Part shown: positions 1 through 12,646 of the stretch, in pieces
Numbering within the stretch: position 1 is the first letter of the stretch
How the letters are laid out: each line of letters starts with the position of its first letter
Assembly: GCA_038087875.1 (NCBI GenBank)
Contig: CM075978.1
Coordinates: 136,648,001-136,712,000 of the forward strand
Length of the DNA: 64,000 bases
Source of the DNA: Malacoraja senta
Lineage: Eukaryota
Reading direction: 5' to 3'
Program-made: the position numbers and the translations under genes
Notes under the pieces: generated by a model
Databases searched by the model: none
What the model was told of the DNA's origin: nothing
The model's input: the letters and a program-made list of their open reading frames with translations, nothing else

Positions 1-195
1 AGGGCAGCAACCTGTATTCTTCTTGAATAGCTGCAGTGTGTGTGCACATTGTCCTAGCAGAATGAGGCTGGTCAAAGAATGTCAGGATATTGCAGGATAA
101 TGTCAGGATCAACAGTAACGCTAATCCAAATCACGCTGTCTAAAATTTAGATGAGAAGGTAGCATTTTCACAACATTATTGCTCCTGAAATTGGT

Positions 196-343
196 AAGTT
201 CTTAAGTCACAGGAGCAGAATTAGGCCATTCGGCCCATCAAGTCTACTCCTCCATTCAATCATGGCTGATCTATCTTCACCTCTCAACCCTATTCTCCGG
301 CCTTCTCCCCATAACCCCCGACACCAGTACTAATCAAAATCTC
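196..343 (-). mobile_element. CR1/HER1-type LINE 3' end fragment
   Basis: ggagcagaattaggccattcggcccatcaagtctactc...ccattcaatcatggctgatc is the reverse complement of the CR1 3'UTR seen in many copies in this window (e.g. 5220-5320, 35310-35400). Confidence 0.85.
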
Positions 344-1221
344 AGAGGTTGAAGATTCTACCTAGTTCTGCCTACCTCTGCATGCATCCACACCGGCCAG
401 GTCTACTCTTTTGCTCAGACAAATGGAACAAACACACATTTTGGTCTCGATCGTTCAGAGCAGTAGCACACTGACATTGAACGCTGTGGTTCTAAGCCAG
501 AAAATTGCATTGTTGAGCACTTCATTAAAGAAAACCTGTAATTGAGATTTGTGCTAACTCTCCAGCTGGTGTCTGTATGTAGTTATCTTAAATTTATAGA
601 AACAAAAAAAATGGTTGTGCCTTTCTTTCCAGCCATGTCCTATGTTCATTTAAGGGCACTTCTCATTCTGCTGCTCAGTTTACACTGCTATTCGACAGAT
701 GGCTACAGTTTTCACTTATTTGCCAGTAAATTACTTTTGCTCTTATAGTTGTTTAGATTTGTTGAGATTACGGCAAAACAAAAATTGGGTGTATTTGTTA
801 AAGAGGAGGAGGTCGATTACCTTTGACGAAATACCAGGAAAGCAGTGAAGGAAAAATTATTCGATGTTCCCGAGAGCCATAAGCTAATAGACAAAACAAT
901 TCACCAGAAAAAAAACTACGTAGAAGGACACAACTGGTTAAATTTGATGAGAAAGAATATTGAAATGATTATGACATCCCAATGGTGCACTTTAGACATA
1001 ACTTAAGCAAGAGTTACTGTAGTAGACCATAAATTTGGTCACCGCAGGGGAAAATTCAGGAAGTAGGAAATATAAAGGAAAAGATTGAGATTCAGAGGAG
1101 ATTTAACTAGTAATGGTGCGCATGCTGTCTTAACATCCAGAGATATGTGGCCCAAAGAAACAAGTGAGAACAATCAAAAAGGTAATATATTGCCACCCAG
1201 GGAGAAAGACAAGGGAAAAAA

Positions 1222-1315
1222 GAACTTACACTGATACAGTATCGTTCATGACCTCAGGACATCCCAAACTGTTTCACAGCCAATGATGTCCTTTACAAGT
1301 CTAGACACTGTTGAA
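1222..1315 (-). mobile_element. Old Deu-SINE (SacSINE1/AmnSINE1-like) 3' fragment
   Basis: catgacctcaggacatcccaaactgtttcacagccaatga resembles the reverse-strand tail of shark Deu-SINEs as I recall it. A similar diverged sequence occurs at 34700 and 53020. Confidence 0.55.
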
Positions 1316-1852
1316 CCTATTACACATTTCCAATTAATAACAATAGCAGATTGGGACTGAAATTTGAAAATACACCTTTAAACTCGAGATTCACAAAAAT
1401 ATTTACTTTTTTCATAAATAAAAATTGCTGCTGCTCAAAAGTTAGGACACATGCCATTTCAGTATTTTTGTTCTTCACAGTGCCAATTTTAAAGCCCCAA
1501 TGTGAAAATAACAATCACTGCCATACGTAAGAATGTGCCAAATAATAAGATGTTCTCTGCTTTTGTTACAAATCGAGCAAAGTAAAAGAGAACGACAAAA
1601 GAAACACAACACATTTCGAACGTGACACTAGTCTTGTGGTTCCAATTGTATTTCACTGTTTTAGATGTCAGTTCAAATTATTTGGAATTTCCTTTACGAA
1701 TTGCAATCAGACATTTTTGGTGTGGCTTGTAAACCTCGCCAAGCCGAGATGCACTGTTCCATGAAGGATGTCATTACACATGGGATAAATGTGAGGAAGC
1801 AGTTGGTGATATCAACTCCTGTGCATTTATACCTCACGCTGCCTCGGCAAGA

Positions 1853-2237
1853 CCAGCAGCATAATCAAGGACGAGTTGCACCCTGGCCACTCCCTCTTCT
1901 CCCCTTTCCCATCAGGCAAAAGATATAGAAGTGTGAAAATGCAGACCACCAGTTTCGGGGACAGTTTCTTCCTAGCTGTTATCAGGCAACTCAATCACCC
2001 TATCACAACCAGAGAGCAGTGCTGAACTACTATCTACCTTTTTGATGACCCTCGGACTATCTTTGATCGGACTTTGCTGGCTTTACCTTGCACTGAATGT
2101 TATTCCCTTATCATGTATTTATATACTGTAAATGGATCGATTGTAATATATTGTCTTTCTGCTGACTGGTTATCACACAACAAAATGCTTTTCACTGTAC
2201 CTCGGTACACATGACAATAAACTAAACTGAAACTGAG
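1853..2237 (+). mobile_element. Rex1/Babar-like LINE, 5'-truncated
   Basis: Translates as HPGHSLFSPFPSGKRYRSVK...DSFFLAVIRQLN, the typical Rex1/Babar ORF C-terminus. It ends in aataaa plus an (aaact)n tail. Confidence 0.75.
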
Positions 2238-2489
2238 TGATAGTGATTTGATTTCAGGCGGCTAGGAGAGGAACTCACAGAAATATTCAAATTTTTGATG
2301 GGATGAGGCTGACTGGATGTGGGGAGGATGTTTCCCCAGGCTGGGGTTTGAGGAACTGGGGGATCTTAGTCTCAAGATACATCTAATACATTTAGGGCTG
2401 AGATAAAGTGAAATTGCTCACACAGAAGGTGGTAAATCTAAGACCCTGACCATGTTTAAGAAGGAGGTAAGATTTCCAGACACGAAAGG

Positions 2490-2768
2490 CATTGATAGTG
2501 CAGGCTGAAGATCCACCAAGTTGCAGGACAGAACGCCACAGGAGATCCTTCTTCCCTGTGGCTATCAAACTTTACAACTTTTCCCCCTTCTGTCGTGGGG
2601 TAGACTGAGACTGACCCCCGCCCCCCCCACTTCCTCAATCTTTGCACCCCTAAGCCTTACCACTCGTCACTTTATTTTCATGTTTCATGTATTTTGTGTT
2701 TTTTTTATGACTGTTGGCAAATTAATTTCCCTCCTGTGATAAATAAAGTTCTATTGTATCGTATCGTA
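2490..2768 (+). mobile_element. Rex1-like LINE 3' end
   Basis: CRTERHRRSFFPVAIKLYN reading frame, followed by a 3'UTR with aataaa and a (tatcg)n tail. Confidence 0.7.
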
Positions 2769-2948
2769 AGAGGCCAAATGGCCGACTCCTGCTCTACGTT
2801 TCTATATTTACCACCTGCCTCACCAAATTGGGCTGTATTGAATCAAGGACAACTGTAAACCATGCACAGGGAACCTGCTGTTAGCAGCACGGAACATCAT
2901 CTACACGCAATGCATGGAGGCCATCGCTGAGGTCTGCTAGGCAGAACT

Positions 2949-3230
2949 TAGTCTAGAGTTTCGAGATAGTCAGACCACTGAGTCTGCACCAACCAGCGAT
3001 CGCCATACACTAGCACTATCCTACACACTAGGGACAATTTACAATCTTTACCTGAGCCAATTAACGGACAAACACGTTTGCCTTTGGAGTGTGGGAGGAA
3101 ACCAGAGCACCAGGGGAAAACCCACACGGTCACGGGGAGAACGTACAAACTCCATACAGATAGCACCCGTTGTCAGGAACCCAAGTCTCTGGCGCTGTAA
3201 GGCAGCAACTCGACTGCTGTGTCACCCTGC
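2949..3230 (-). mobile_element. HE1-type tRNA-derived V-SINE
   Basis: The reverse complement contains the V-domain (tctgtatggagtttgtacgttctccccgtgacc). It matches the + copies at 8212, 12087, 44070 and 49186. Confidence 0.85.
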
Positions 3231-3266
3231 CACTCCAAAGCTGTGCCGCTATGCCTATGCTGCACT

Positions 3267-3696
3267 CAGGCACATGCCGTGAGTAATTACTCAGGGTAGA
3301 CACTAGGCAGTCAGTCGACTTTTAAAAATCGTAAAAACCGCGCATGCGCAGATTGGTCTCCTCTCCTATAGGCATGCGCAGCACATTGCGCGCAGTCCAC
3401 GGTGCAAAGGCAGAATTTCAGCTGCCTTTATTGCCCAGGTTGTAAGTGAGGGCTTGAAGCGGAGTCCACAGCACGCGAGTTGAACATTGTTACGCGTATT
3501 ACGTGCACTGCGGATGAAAGGCACGGGAGAATTATTCCTACCTAAGATCGATTATTAAAATAATAACCATTAATAATAAATACTGAATTTAGTAAATGAA
3601 TTGGAAATCTTTACTAATTATATTTAGTAATTACCTTTTTATAATTTTAGTCAGGCTAGGCACTGCCTACCTTGCCTACCCTGACGCACGTGCCTG
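3267..3696. mobile_element. Non-autonomous hAT DNA transposon (MITE)
   Basis: Terminal inverted repeats CAGGCACATGC / GCACGTGCCTG and a perfect 8-bp TSD GCTGCACT at 3259-3266 and 3697-3704. An 8-bp TSD with CAG termini is typical of hAT elements. Confidence 0.9.
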
Positions 3697-3832
3697 GCTG
3701 CACTGTTGCTGGCAGCAAATGCAACAATAACTCCTAAACTTCTTGCCTTCAGATGATTTTATGGAGACAGCAGTTGTGTTTATAATTCTGCAGTCTGCTG
3801 CTGCATTCAGGACCTGATCATTGGGCAGAGAG

Positions 3833-4618
3833 TAGATACATAGATACATAGAAAATAGGTGCAGGAGTAGGCCATTCGGCCCTTCGAGCCTGCACCGCCA
3901 TTCAATATGATCATGGCTGATCATCCAACTCAGTATCCCGTACCTGCCTTCTCTCCATACCCCCTGATCCCCTTAGCCACAAGGGCCACATCTAACTCCC
4001 TCTTAAATATAGCCAATGAACTGGCCTCAACTACCCTCTGTGGCAGAGAGTTCCAGCGATTCACCACTCTCTGTGTGAAAACGTTTTTCCTCATCTCGGT
4101 CTTAAAGGATTTCCCCCTTATCCTTAAGCTGTGACCCCTTGTCCTGGACTTCTCCAACATCGGGAACAATCTTCCTGCATCTAGCCTGTCCAACCCCATA
4201 AGAATTTTGTACGTTTCTATAAGATCCCCTCTCAATCTCCTAAATTCTAGCGAGTATAAGCCAAGTCTATCCAGTCTTTCTTCATATGAAAGTCCTGACA
4301 TCCCAGGAATCAGTCTGGTGAACCTTCTCTGCACTCCCTCTATGGCTATAATGTCCTTCCTCAGATTTGGAGACCAAAACTGTACGCAATACTCCAGGTG
4401 TGGTCTCACCAAGACCCTTTACAACTGCAGTAGAACCTCCCTGCTCCTATACTCAAATCCTTTTGCTATGAAAGCCAACATACCATTCGCTTTCTTCACT
4501 GCCTGCTGCACCTGCATGCCTACTTTCAATGACTGGTGTACCATGACACCCAGGTCTCGCTGCATCTCCCCATTTCCTAATCGGCCACCACTTTCCTGTT
4601 TTTGCCACCAAAGTGGGC
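3833..4618 (-). mobile_element. Young 5'-truncated CR1/HER1 LINE (RT C-terminus + 3'UTR)
   Basis: ORFs 4419-4637 and 3930-4412 are in frame and separated by a single stop. They give DLGVMV...KANGMLAFI...[15 protein letters not shown]...RGDLIETYKI...RVVNRWNSLP, the CR1 ORF2 C-terminus. The element ends in an 8-nt microsatellite tail (tagataca). Confidence 0.95.
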
Positions 4619-4794
4619 ACAAGAGGACATATAACACAGGTGCCAGGAGGAACAGTCAGCATTTGTGTGTAGCACAGGACTCCAAAAATCCATTGTCCCA
4701 AAACAATTAACTATTCTGAAACCAGAGGCAGATAATTATGATGGTCAAAACTAGCATAACCCCTTGCATCTCAGACTGCTACCATTTGTAAAAT

Positions 4795-5330
4795 GAGAGA
4801 GGGACCTCATTGAAACTTACAGAAGAGTGAAAGATGAGGATAGAGTGGATGTGGAGAGGATATTTCCACTAGTGGGAGAGACTAGGACCAGAGGCCATAA
4901 CCTCAGATTAAAAGGATGTATAGGAAAGAACTGCAGAAGCTGGTTTAAATCGAAGATAGACACAAAATGCTAGAGTAACTCTGCAGGACAGGCAGCGTCT
5001 CTGGAGAGAAGGAATGGGTGATGTTTCAGGTCGAGACCCTTCTTCAGACTGAAAGGATGTACCTTAGAAAGGTGATGCGGAGGAATTTATTTAGTCAGAG
5101 GGTGAAGAATCTGTGGAATTTTTGCCACAGAAGGTGGTGGAGGCCAAGTCAATTGATATTTTTAAGGCAGAGATAGATAGATTCTTGATTAGTACGGGTG
5201 TCAGGGGTAATGGGGAGAAGGCAGGAGAATGGGGTTAGGATGGCGAGATAGATCAGCCATAATTGAATGGCGGAGTAGACTTGATGGGCCAAATGGTCTA
5301 ATTCTGCTTCTACCCCTTATGAATTTATTT
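4795..5330 (+). mobile_element. CR1 LINE 3' portion (interrupted by a Penelope-derived insert)
   Basis: gggacctcattgaaacttac...gtgggagagactaggaccagagg... followed by a CR1 3'UTR. A second 3' end follows at 5330-5535. Confidence 0.85.
4921..5051 (-). mobile_element. Short Penelope-derived insert with hammerhead-like core
   Basis: Flanked by a 10-bp TSD aaaggatgta (4911-4920, 5052-5061). The minus strand starts cagtCTGAAGAAGGGTCTCGACCTGAAACATCaccc. Confidence 0.8.
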
Positions 5331-6089
5331 AGTCAGAGGGTGGTGAATCTGTGGAATTCATTGCCACTGACAACTGTGGAGGCAGTCATTGGATAATTAG
5401 TAAGGGTGTCAGGAGTTTCGGGGCAAAGGCAGGAGAATGGGTTTGAGAGGGAGAGATAGATCAGCGATAATTGAATGGCGGAATAGACGATGGTCTGAAT
5501 AGCCTAATTCTTCTCCTGGAACCTATGAACTTATTTTGCTCATGCCAACCTACCCCAAACCATGCTGAACCATCAGATGCCATCCACCTAATACCATCAA
5601 GATTCCATTCACTACACTCCATCTAAACTCATGGTGATTATATTCCTCACAACCCACCTAAAGTCATGCAGAAATTACAGTTGTCTGTTCACCTCAAAAT
5701 AATCTAGGTCTACTGTAGTACTCTGGTCTAGTACTAGATCAGCCATGAATGTATGGCAGAGTAGACTTGATGGGCCGAATGGCCTAATTCCACTCGAACT
5801 TACGAACTGATTATATTCACGCAACCATATTGGTCCTTTGGTTTGGGCAGGTCCATTTCAAAGGTGTTTTAAATTATAAATGCAGCCCTTTGATTGCCAT
5901 GCTAATCTACCAACTGAGCATTCACTTTCTACAGCAATGTCAAGTGAAGTCAAGTCGTCAAGTTTTATTCGTCACTTGCACATACAGTGCATTGAAAAAA
6001 AATTGCCAGCAGCAGTACAATAAAAAAAACCCACACAATACACAATAAAAATGTAACACAAACATCCACCACAGTATTCATCACTCCTC

Positions 6090-6475
6090 AGTCCTCATCA
6101 GTCCCCATCCAATGTGCACTTTGGTTGCTGTGTATACCATCCGCTTAAACACTGGGACAACTCACAAAAGCCTCATCAACTGCGCATCCTAAACCTATGA
6201 TCCCCTGCACCTGAAAGAACACATGGGCAATCTGCCATTTGCGAGCTCATCGCCACATCGCAGTCTGTCCAAGCTTGGAAATATGTCTGCACATTTCCCT
6301 TGTTACTGGGTTTAAAAATTCTTCATACCCCGGCCTAAGAGCTCAGTAGTTGTAACTTCACCGCAATCACTGCAATGAGCCTGAAAGGTAACTCCTCACT
6401 GTCTTCACCGGGGCTCTAAGGGATGATCGTTAAATGCTGAGCTCCCCTTGTTGCCCACATGAGATGAATGAAAAG
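6090..6475 (+). mobile_element. Old CR1/L2-group LINE 3' end
   Basis: Diverged tail ...agggatgatcgttaaatgctg...gcccacatgagatgaatgaaaa. A related reverse-strand piece lies at about 46230-46445. Confidence 0.45.
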
Positions 6476-6609
6476 AGAGAAACAGAATTCCCCTTCGAAA
6501 CACAACTCCTGACTTGCCTGCTCTCTGTTACTGAACATCTCATGAATGCAATCCACAATAATCATGTTCACGCACCTATTCCAGACGAGGAAGCACTACA
6601 ATCTGGACT

Positions 6610-7150
6610 ATCATGAAGTCATACAGCAGGCCCTTTGGCCCAACTTGCCCACACCTACCAACATGTCCCATTTACATTAATCCCACCTGCCTGTATTTGG
6701 CCCAAATCCCTCTAAACCTGTCCTTTCCATGTATCTGTCCAAATGTTTCTTATACGTTACGAAAGCAACTGCCTCAACTACCTCCTCCGCCAGCTCATTC
6801 CACCACCCATTGTATGAAAAAGTTACCGCTCAGGTTCCTATTAAATCTTTTCTCCCCTCACCTTAAATCGATGCCCTCTGGTTCCCAATTCCTCTACTCT
6901 TGGCAAGAGGCTCGTTCGTTTACCCAATCTATTCCTCTCATGATTTTGTACAGCTCTATAAGATCATCCTCATCCTCTTGCTTTCCAAGGAATATTGTCC
7001 TAGCCTGCTCAACCTCTCCCTATAGCTCAGGTCCTCGAGTCCTGGCAACATTCTCGTAAATCTCGCCTGCACCTTTTCCAGCTTGACAACATCTTTCCTA
7101 TAACACGGTGCCCAGAACTGAACACAATACTCTAAATGTGGCCTCACCAG
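6610..7150 (-). mobile_element. CR1 LINE 3' portion
   Basis: ORF 6956-7180 gives [15 protein letters not shown]...VQARFTRMLPGL..LSYRERL, followed by a CR1 3'UTR. Confidence 0.9.
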
Positions 7151-8055
7151 TGAATTCCCTGTTATCTCACACAATGGCAAGCCCAGGTGATCTGAACACG
7201 TTCAGAGTACCACCAGCACTGTTGGTTATCAGTCGGCCAGGCAAGACTGCTGCAGCGTCTGTGAGGGGGTGCAGTCAAAGCCCAGGCGCAGAATGCCGCA
7301 AGGTGGTCCTTCAAGGCTGTGAACAGCCTTCCAGCAGAGGCACTGCCTGCCAGTCCTGGGGGAACCCTGCAGGGGAGCAACTCCACAGGCAGAAGCAAAT
7401 GGAAGGCTGACTCAATCGAAACACACACGTGCAGTTATATAAGACGTTGGTGAGGCCGCATTTGGAGTATTGTGTTCATTTCTGGGCACCATGTTATAGA
7501 AAAGATGTTGGCCTTCACCCAAAACGTCACCCATTCCTTTTCTCCAGAGCTGCTGCCTGATCCGCTGAGTTACTCCAGCATTTTGTGTCTATCTTCGGTG
7601 CTGAGATTATGTCCTCACTTTCATACTGGGAAATATAGATGCAATGCCCTGTGGACAGCTTTGCACAAGAAGCAACTCAAGTCCCTCTGCACATTGACAG
7701 TTCAAAGAACATTTCGGACAGGGCCATCAAGCATCTCATGGGACATACGCACCACCATTTGCTGCCTCATTGGAGCCCGGATCTGAAAACTTCAGGACTA
7801 TCTCACTCTCCAGAGAGATGGCACATGGACCACTTTTACCCCAACTCAGACCGCCGGCTGCCTGAGCCAGGGGATCACAAGGTGCTGTGCATCTAAGCTC
7901 ATCCACCTGGACAGTGCCAGCATCCGAGCTGGTGGCAGTGAGAGTCAGACTGAGCGACAGACTGTCTGAGGAACAGTAGCCATGACCTTTGGGAGTTCTT
8001 TGGGAGTTCTTGGCCATTGGAAAGTAAAAAAGGCACAATGATGTGGTGTCACAGT

Positions 8056-8711
8056 CATAGGGAGATAGAGCGGGGATGCAGGTGCTTTGGCCCATCAAAT
8101 CCCAATGACCATCAATCACCCATTTTTCACAAATACCCCATTGATCCCATTTTTTATTCTTCGCACATATTCTCCAACTGCACCCAGACTCTGCCACTCA
8201 CCTACACACGAGGCCACAGGGCGGCACAGCGATAGGGTTGCTGCCTTACAGCGCTTGTAGCGCCGAAGACACGGATTTGATCCCGACTACGGGTGCTGTC
8301 TGTATGGAGTTTGTACGTTATCCCCATGACCTGTGTGAGTTTTCTCCGAGTTCTTTGGTTTCCTCCCACACTCCAAAGACATACAGGTATGTAGGTAAAT
8401 TGGCTTGGTGTACAAACTGTCCCTCGTGTGTGTAGGATAGTGTTAATATGCGGGGATCGCTGGTCTGCGCGGACCCAGTGGGCAGAAGGGCCTGTTTCCG
8501 TGCTGTATCTCCAAAATAAAATTATAAACTCACAGCAGCTAACTAACCCAACAACCTGCTTGCCTTTGTGATGTGGGAAGGAACCCAAATAACTGGAGGA
8601 AACAACACTGTCACGGAAAGCATGCAAACTGCATGCAGAAAGTACCTGAAGTCAAGATTGAACCGGGCGGGGTGCCTGGCACTATGTGAGCCATGGGCTG
8701 TATCACTGTGT
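8056..8711 (-). mobile_element. Older V-SINE, interrupted by a younger V-SINE
   Basis: Reverse-strand SINE tail at 8056-8210 and head/V-domain at 8530-8711, flanking the + copy. Confidence 0.6.
8212..8515 (+). mobile_element. HE1-type V-SINE
   Basis: tRNA-like head (ggcacagcg...ttgatccc), V-domain, and CR1-like tail gggcctgtttccgtgctgtatct. Confidence 0.9.
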
Positions 8712-11700
8712 CGCAAACAGTTACACAATCTCTTTCATCAGTTCTCTGTTCTGCAATGTTGCCATCTCCCTGCTCTTTATTTATGTTAAGCTCTGCAATG
8801 TTGGAGACTGATCAATTTGCACACACCACCCAATTTCTGCTGCCTATGATCCCCATTACCCTCATGACCCAGGAACTCATTCGTACTCATGGGAATTTTG
8901 AATAGCTTATTGCACTCGAAATGAGTAACACAGAGTGGAAAGGATGAAATAATCATACAAGGAATTTGAAAAAAAAATTGACAAAGGTAACAAATCAAAA
9001 TAGATTCACATAGGGGGGAAATGGTAGCATGTAAAAATGGTTTAAATATTGCGCGAAGACAAATAAATAAGTTAAATGCATTTTGGTGCAGAGCCACGGA
9101 TTTTAATTGCTTTTAAATAAAAAATAAATAATTTACTAAGAAACTGACTGCAACATTCCAATGAAACTAGTAGGTGGTTCTGTGTAAGTTAAAAAAGAAT
9201 AATTTTCAACTACTAAACTGGTCACTCAAAGATGCTGGACTTTGTACTTATTAAAGATGCTTATGTTTGTGATTAACTCAAAGTTACCTCTATTAATAAA
9301 AGTGGACAAGGTTACCACTCTTAATCTAACCTAGGAATAATGTTCTGAAACATACACGGGTTCTTGGAATATTTTAAGTCTACTTAGCATGGAAATTTAA
9401 TAAGTTCAATATTAAGAATTGGTGCAATTTTCAGTTCAATTTATGCGAAGATGGCTGGCCATGCACGTTAGAAATTTATCCCATCAACACCAAATGAATA
9501 AGTAAAAAAGGGTATTCCAACAATAAACTCTGGATGAATAAAATAGGGCAGGATCAAAAAGTCCTTTTCCACATTTCATTGACAAAGCCCCATTTGGGTA
9601 CTTCATCTGCCAGAAGTGGCTCAAATTTTGGAATTTGAGATATAATAAATTGCTGCCGTAGCTCTATAACCATGGGAAAGGAAATCAGTGAAACATTTCA
9701 TTTTTAAAGAACCTATGTATTGGAATTTCCTTAAAATTATTGCAACCCAGATCCTAAAATTCAGCAAACATTGCGATAAGACCCATTATGAGAAAGACTG
9801 GTTAAAACTTCACAATTGGCCCCTTCATCCCCATATTTTTACTGTTATTAATTTGTAAAACGTACAAATCATTTTTTTCTGTTGCAGTATACATAAAAAA
9901 TACATGTAGGAAGGAATTGGAGATGCTGGGTTAAACGGAAGAACATCTATTCCAGTTGGCTCTGGGAGAAGGGAACATCCATACTGTATTTTCAAATTCA
10001 TTAAAGCAGTTTTGGATATGCATCAGTCCGAAATCGGCAACATGATTAGGAAACTAGAACTTAGTAAAGAAATTGGAATTTAATCTTCCAGGAAACCATC
10101 TTACATTAATGCCGTGACTGGTAGGTAATGTAAATGCATGTTCTTTGTGAACTATGAAACCAGTTTCAACTAAAGTAGCTAATCTAAATAACAGGAATGT
10201 GATATTTTACACGTGTTTTAAGTCAGTTTTGAATCACAGCAAAATAGTTCACGATAACAAAAGGTTAAAAAGATGGTCCAGTGAGTTCATTCTGTATGGC
10301 TCTGCAAGATGAAAACTAGAAAATCGGGATGATTACCTGTATCCAACATAGACCTTTATACTTCTACTCAACCCTCTTCCAGTCGACCAAGTTAAACCTT
10401 TCTTCATCATCAGTCAAATGTGGAGATCAACCTCCTTTTGTCTCTGGTTAATCACCTTTTTTCACCTTGTCCATTTTGATCAAATTTCCCTTCCTGTCCC
10501 ACATAATATTTGATACCGTGAGGAGTTCCCTCCCTTCTGCCCTCCTCACATGAAAGGAAGACCACACCACTCATTATACACTCATTAAAATAAAAAATAA
10601 AAAACTGCAACTTTGTAGAAATATATTTTAAAAGCAAGCTTTTATGCCAAACAATGAATAGGGTGATCTGATTGTTTTACCTCTAAATTTTCTGTGGGTA
10701 GGAACAGAAAATGAATTATGTTGAATTTCAGAGATGTATTGTAAACAAGCATCATCACACAATATAAGTTTTGCTTGACTTTGATATGAAATGTTTTCAT
10801 TAGGATAGGTATTGTGTGTGTCATGCCACTTAATGTTGTACAATTAGTACCAATAATGCCCATAGTGCCCACAAATGTTTGCATTCTTTAATCCATATTC
10901 AGACAATAACATTATATAATGTTAATACTTTCAAAAATAAAAAAATGACATTACAGAGATTACTAGAAATTATAATTCACCAAGATGTACTTATAATTAT
11001 CAGATTATGGCTGTACAAAAAATTACATTTGTCTATACAGCATTGAGACAATTACAAAGAGAGGAGGGCGTACAATAGGATATCTAGCTTTTATTTCAAT
11101 CTACCCACCCCATTGAAAAAAAAACTTCTGGCAATAGCTATGACTGAATGGAAACCCAGAAATAGAGCTGATCGATACTTTTGACTGTGAAAGCAATTGT
11201 GTTCTCAGGGGTAGCGCGCATTGTATTTCTAAGTGCCTATGTGATATGATCCTTGGCCACTGTGAATGGAATGGAAACAGAATGCCATCTGAGGGAGATG
11301 CAAGTGCTAATGTGGTGAGGTAATGTGGTAAAGAATAGAATCCAACAAGGATAGCAATACTGCAGAGCTCAAAATAAGGTAACTGGTCTCTCTAAAATAT
11401 TAAAATAAACTTAACATTACCTTCACCAAAATATTTTTTTATGTCTGCATCCTCAAAGAAAAATAAAACCTTATAATAGATTTGTCTTAATCATTAATTA
11501 CCCCATGAACAGGAAGAACCACAAAGGCACAAGGGGAAATAGAACAAATAATTTGTAGGTTAAAACCTAGCCAACATTTATCTGTTTAAAACCTTTCAAC
11601 TGTTCATTTTGCCATTGTTTATTTAATTGGCCTGGAACTATTTCTAATCATAATCTCGGCACAGACTTTGTGAAGGAGCATCCTTGTACTGGAGAGCAGT

Positions 11701-12086
11701 GTGGGCACTGTGGAGTGCAGGATGACTCAGTCCAATAATGAGTACCATAGGGATGGAAATGGCCATGAATGCCCAACTGCAAAGTTATCAGTTTTACCAA
11801 CTTCATAGCTTCGATCTGAGTAAGGGGAACATTTTCTTTTTGATTATTCATTTAGCTACGATTTTTGGAAGCCATCGACATTGAAGAAGCCATTCAATTT
11901 AGTTGAAATGGATCAGGGGACCTCGTCTTGACCTAAATCAATGGGCAAATGCACTCGATGAATACTGAAATGTTTGATCAATTAATCACTTGGTTCTTTG
12001 TGTTAAATAATTTGTCCTCGAAAGGCCGTGACTGGTTCAAACGTGAGCACAAAAGCTTCAGGAAGGAAGTTGGATATTTATTTAAA

Positions 12087-12390
12087 AGGCGGGAAGCACA
12101 GTGGCAGAGCCGCTGCCTCACAGTGCCAGAGACACAGGTTCGATCCTGACCTCGGGCCTGTCTGTGTGGAGTTGCACCTTCTCCCTGTAACTGCGTGGGT
12201 TTCTTCCGGATACTCCAGTTTCTTCCCACATCCTGAAGACGTGCAGGTTTGTAGGTTAATTGGCCTCTGTAAATTGATAGCTGTGTGTAGATGGTGGATG
12301 CAAAAGTGGGATTACGTAGAACAGGTGTGAACGGGTGATATATGGTCGTGGTAGGCTGAAGGGTCTGTTTCCATGCTGTATCTCTAAATT
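12087..12390 (+). mobile_element. HE1-type V-SINE
   Basis: B-box ggttcgatcc, V-domain tctgtgtggagttgcaccttctccctgt, and tail gtctgtttccatgctgtatctctaaa. Confidence 0.85.
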
Positions 12391-12646
12391 AAGGTGGAGT
12401 TTGGAGGACAATGAGGTTCCAGTGCAGCAGCTAGAGCCAACACGTGATCATGTAATCGATTAGAAATATCTCCCATGAAAAACATGAGACTTAATATTGT
12501 TAGATGGGTAGGTAAGTAGGATGCAAGATAAAGTGGGCCACGCATGCTGGGCAGAAGTAAACAAGACCAATGGTCATCTCTAAAGGCCGAGTGACTACTA
12601 CTTCATGTACTACTGCATTCTATGAAACATGCAGTATATTGAGTGT

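Noticed and set aside
1665-1790. Plus-strand exon after tttcactgttttag
   Set aside because: Plausible splice signals but no recognisable protein. The ORF runs into a Rex1 fragment.
3930-4412. 160-aa ORF as a host gene
   Set aside because: It is the C-terminus of CR1 ORF2 in a 5'-truncated copy with an upstream in-frame stop. The 167-aa ORF 4207-4710 is its antisense shadow.
7108-8197. Cluster of 85-153-aa ORFs as a gene
   Set aside because: The ORFs cross CR1, Penelope-derived and SINE boundaries and show no recognisable domain. They probably reflect GC-rich decayed repeat.
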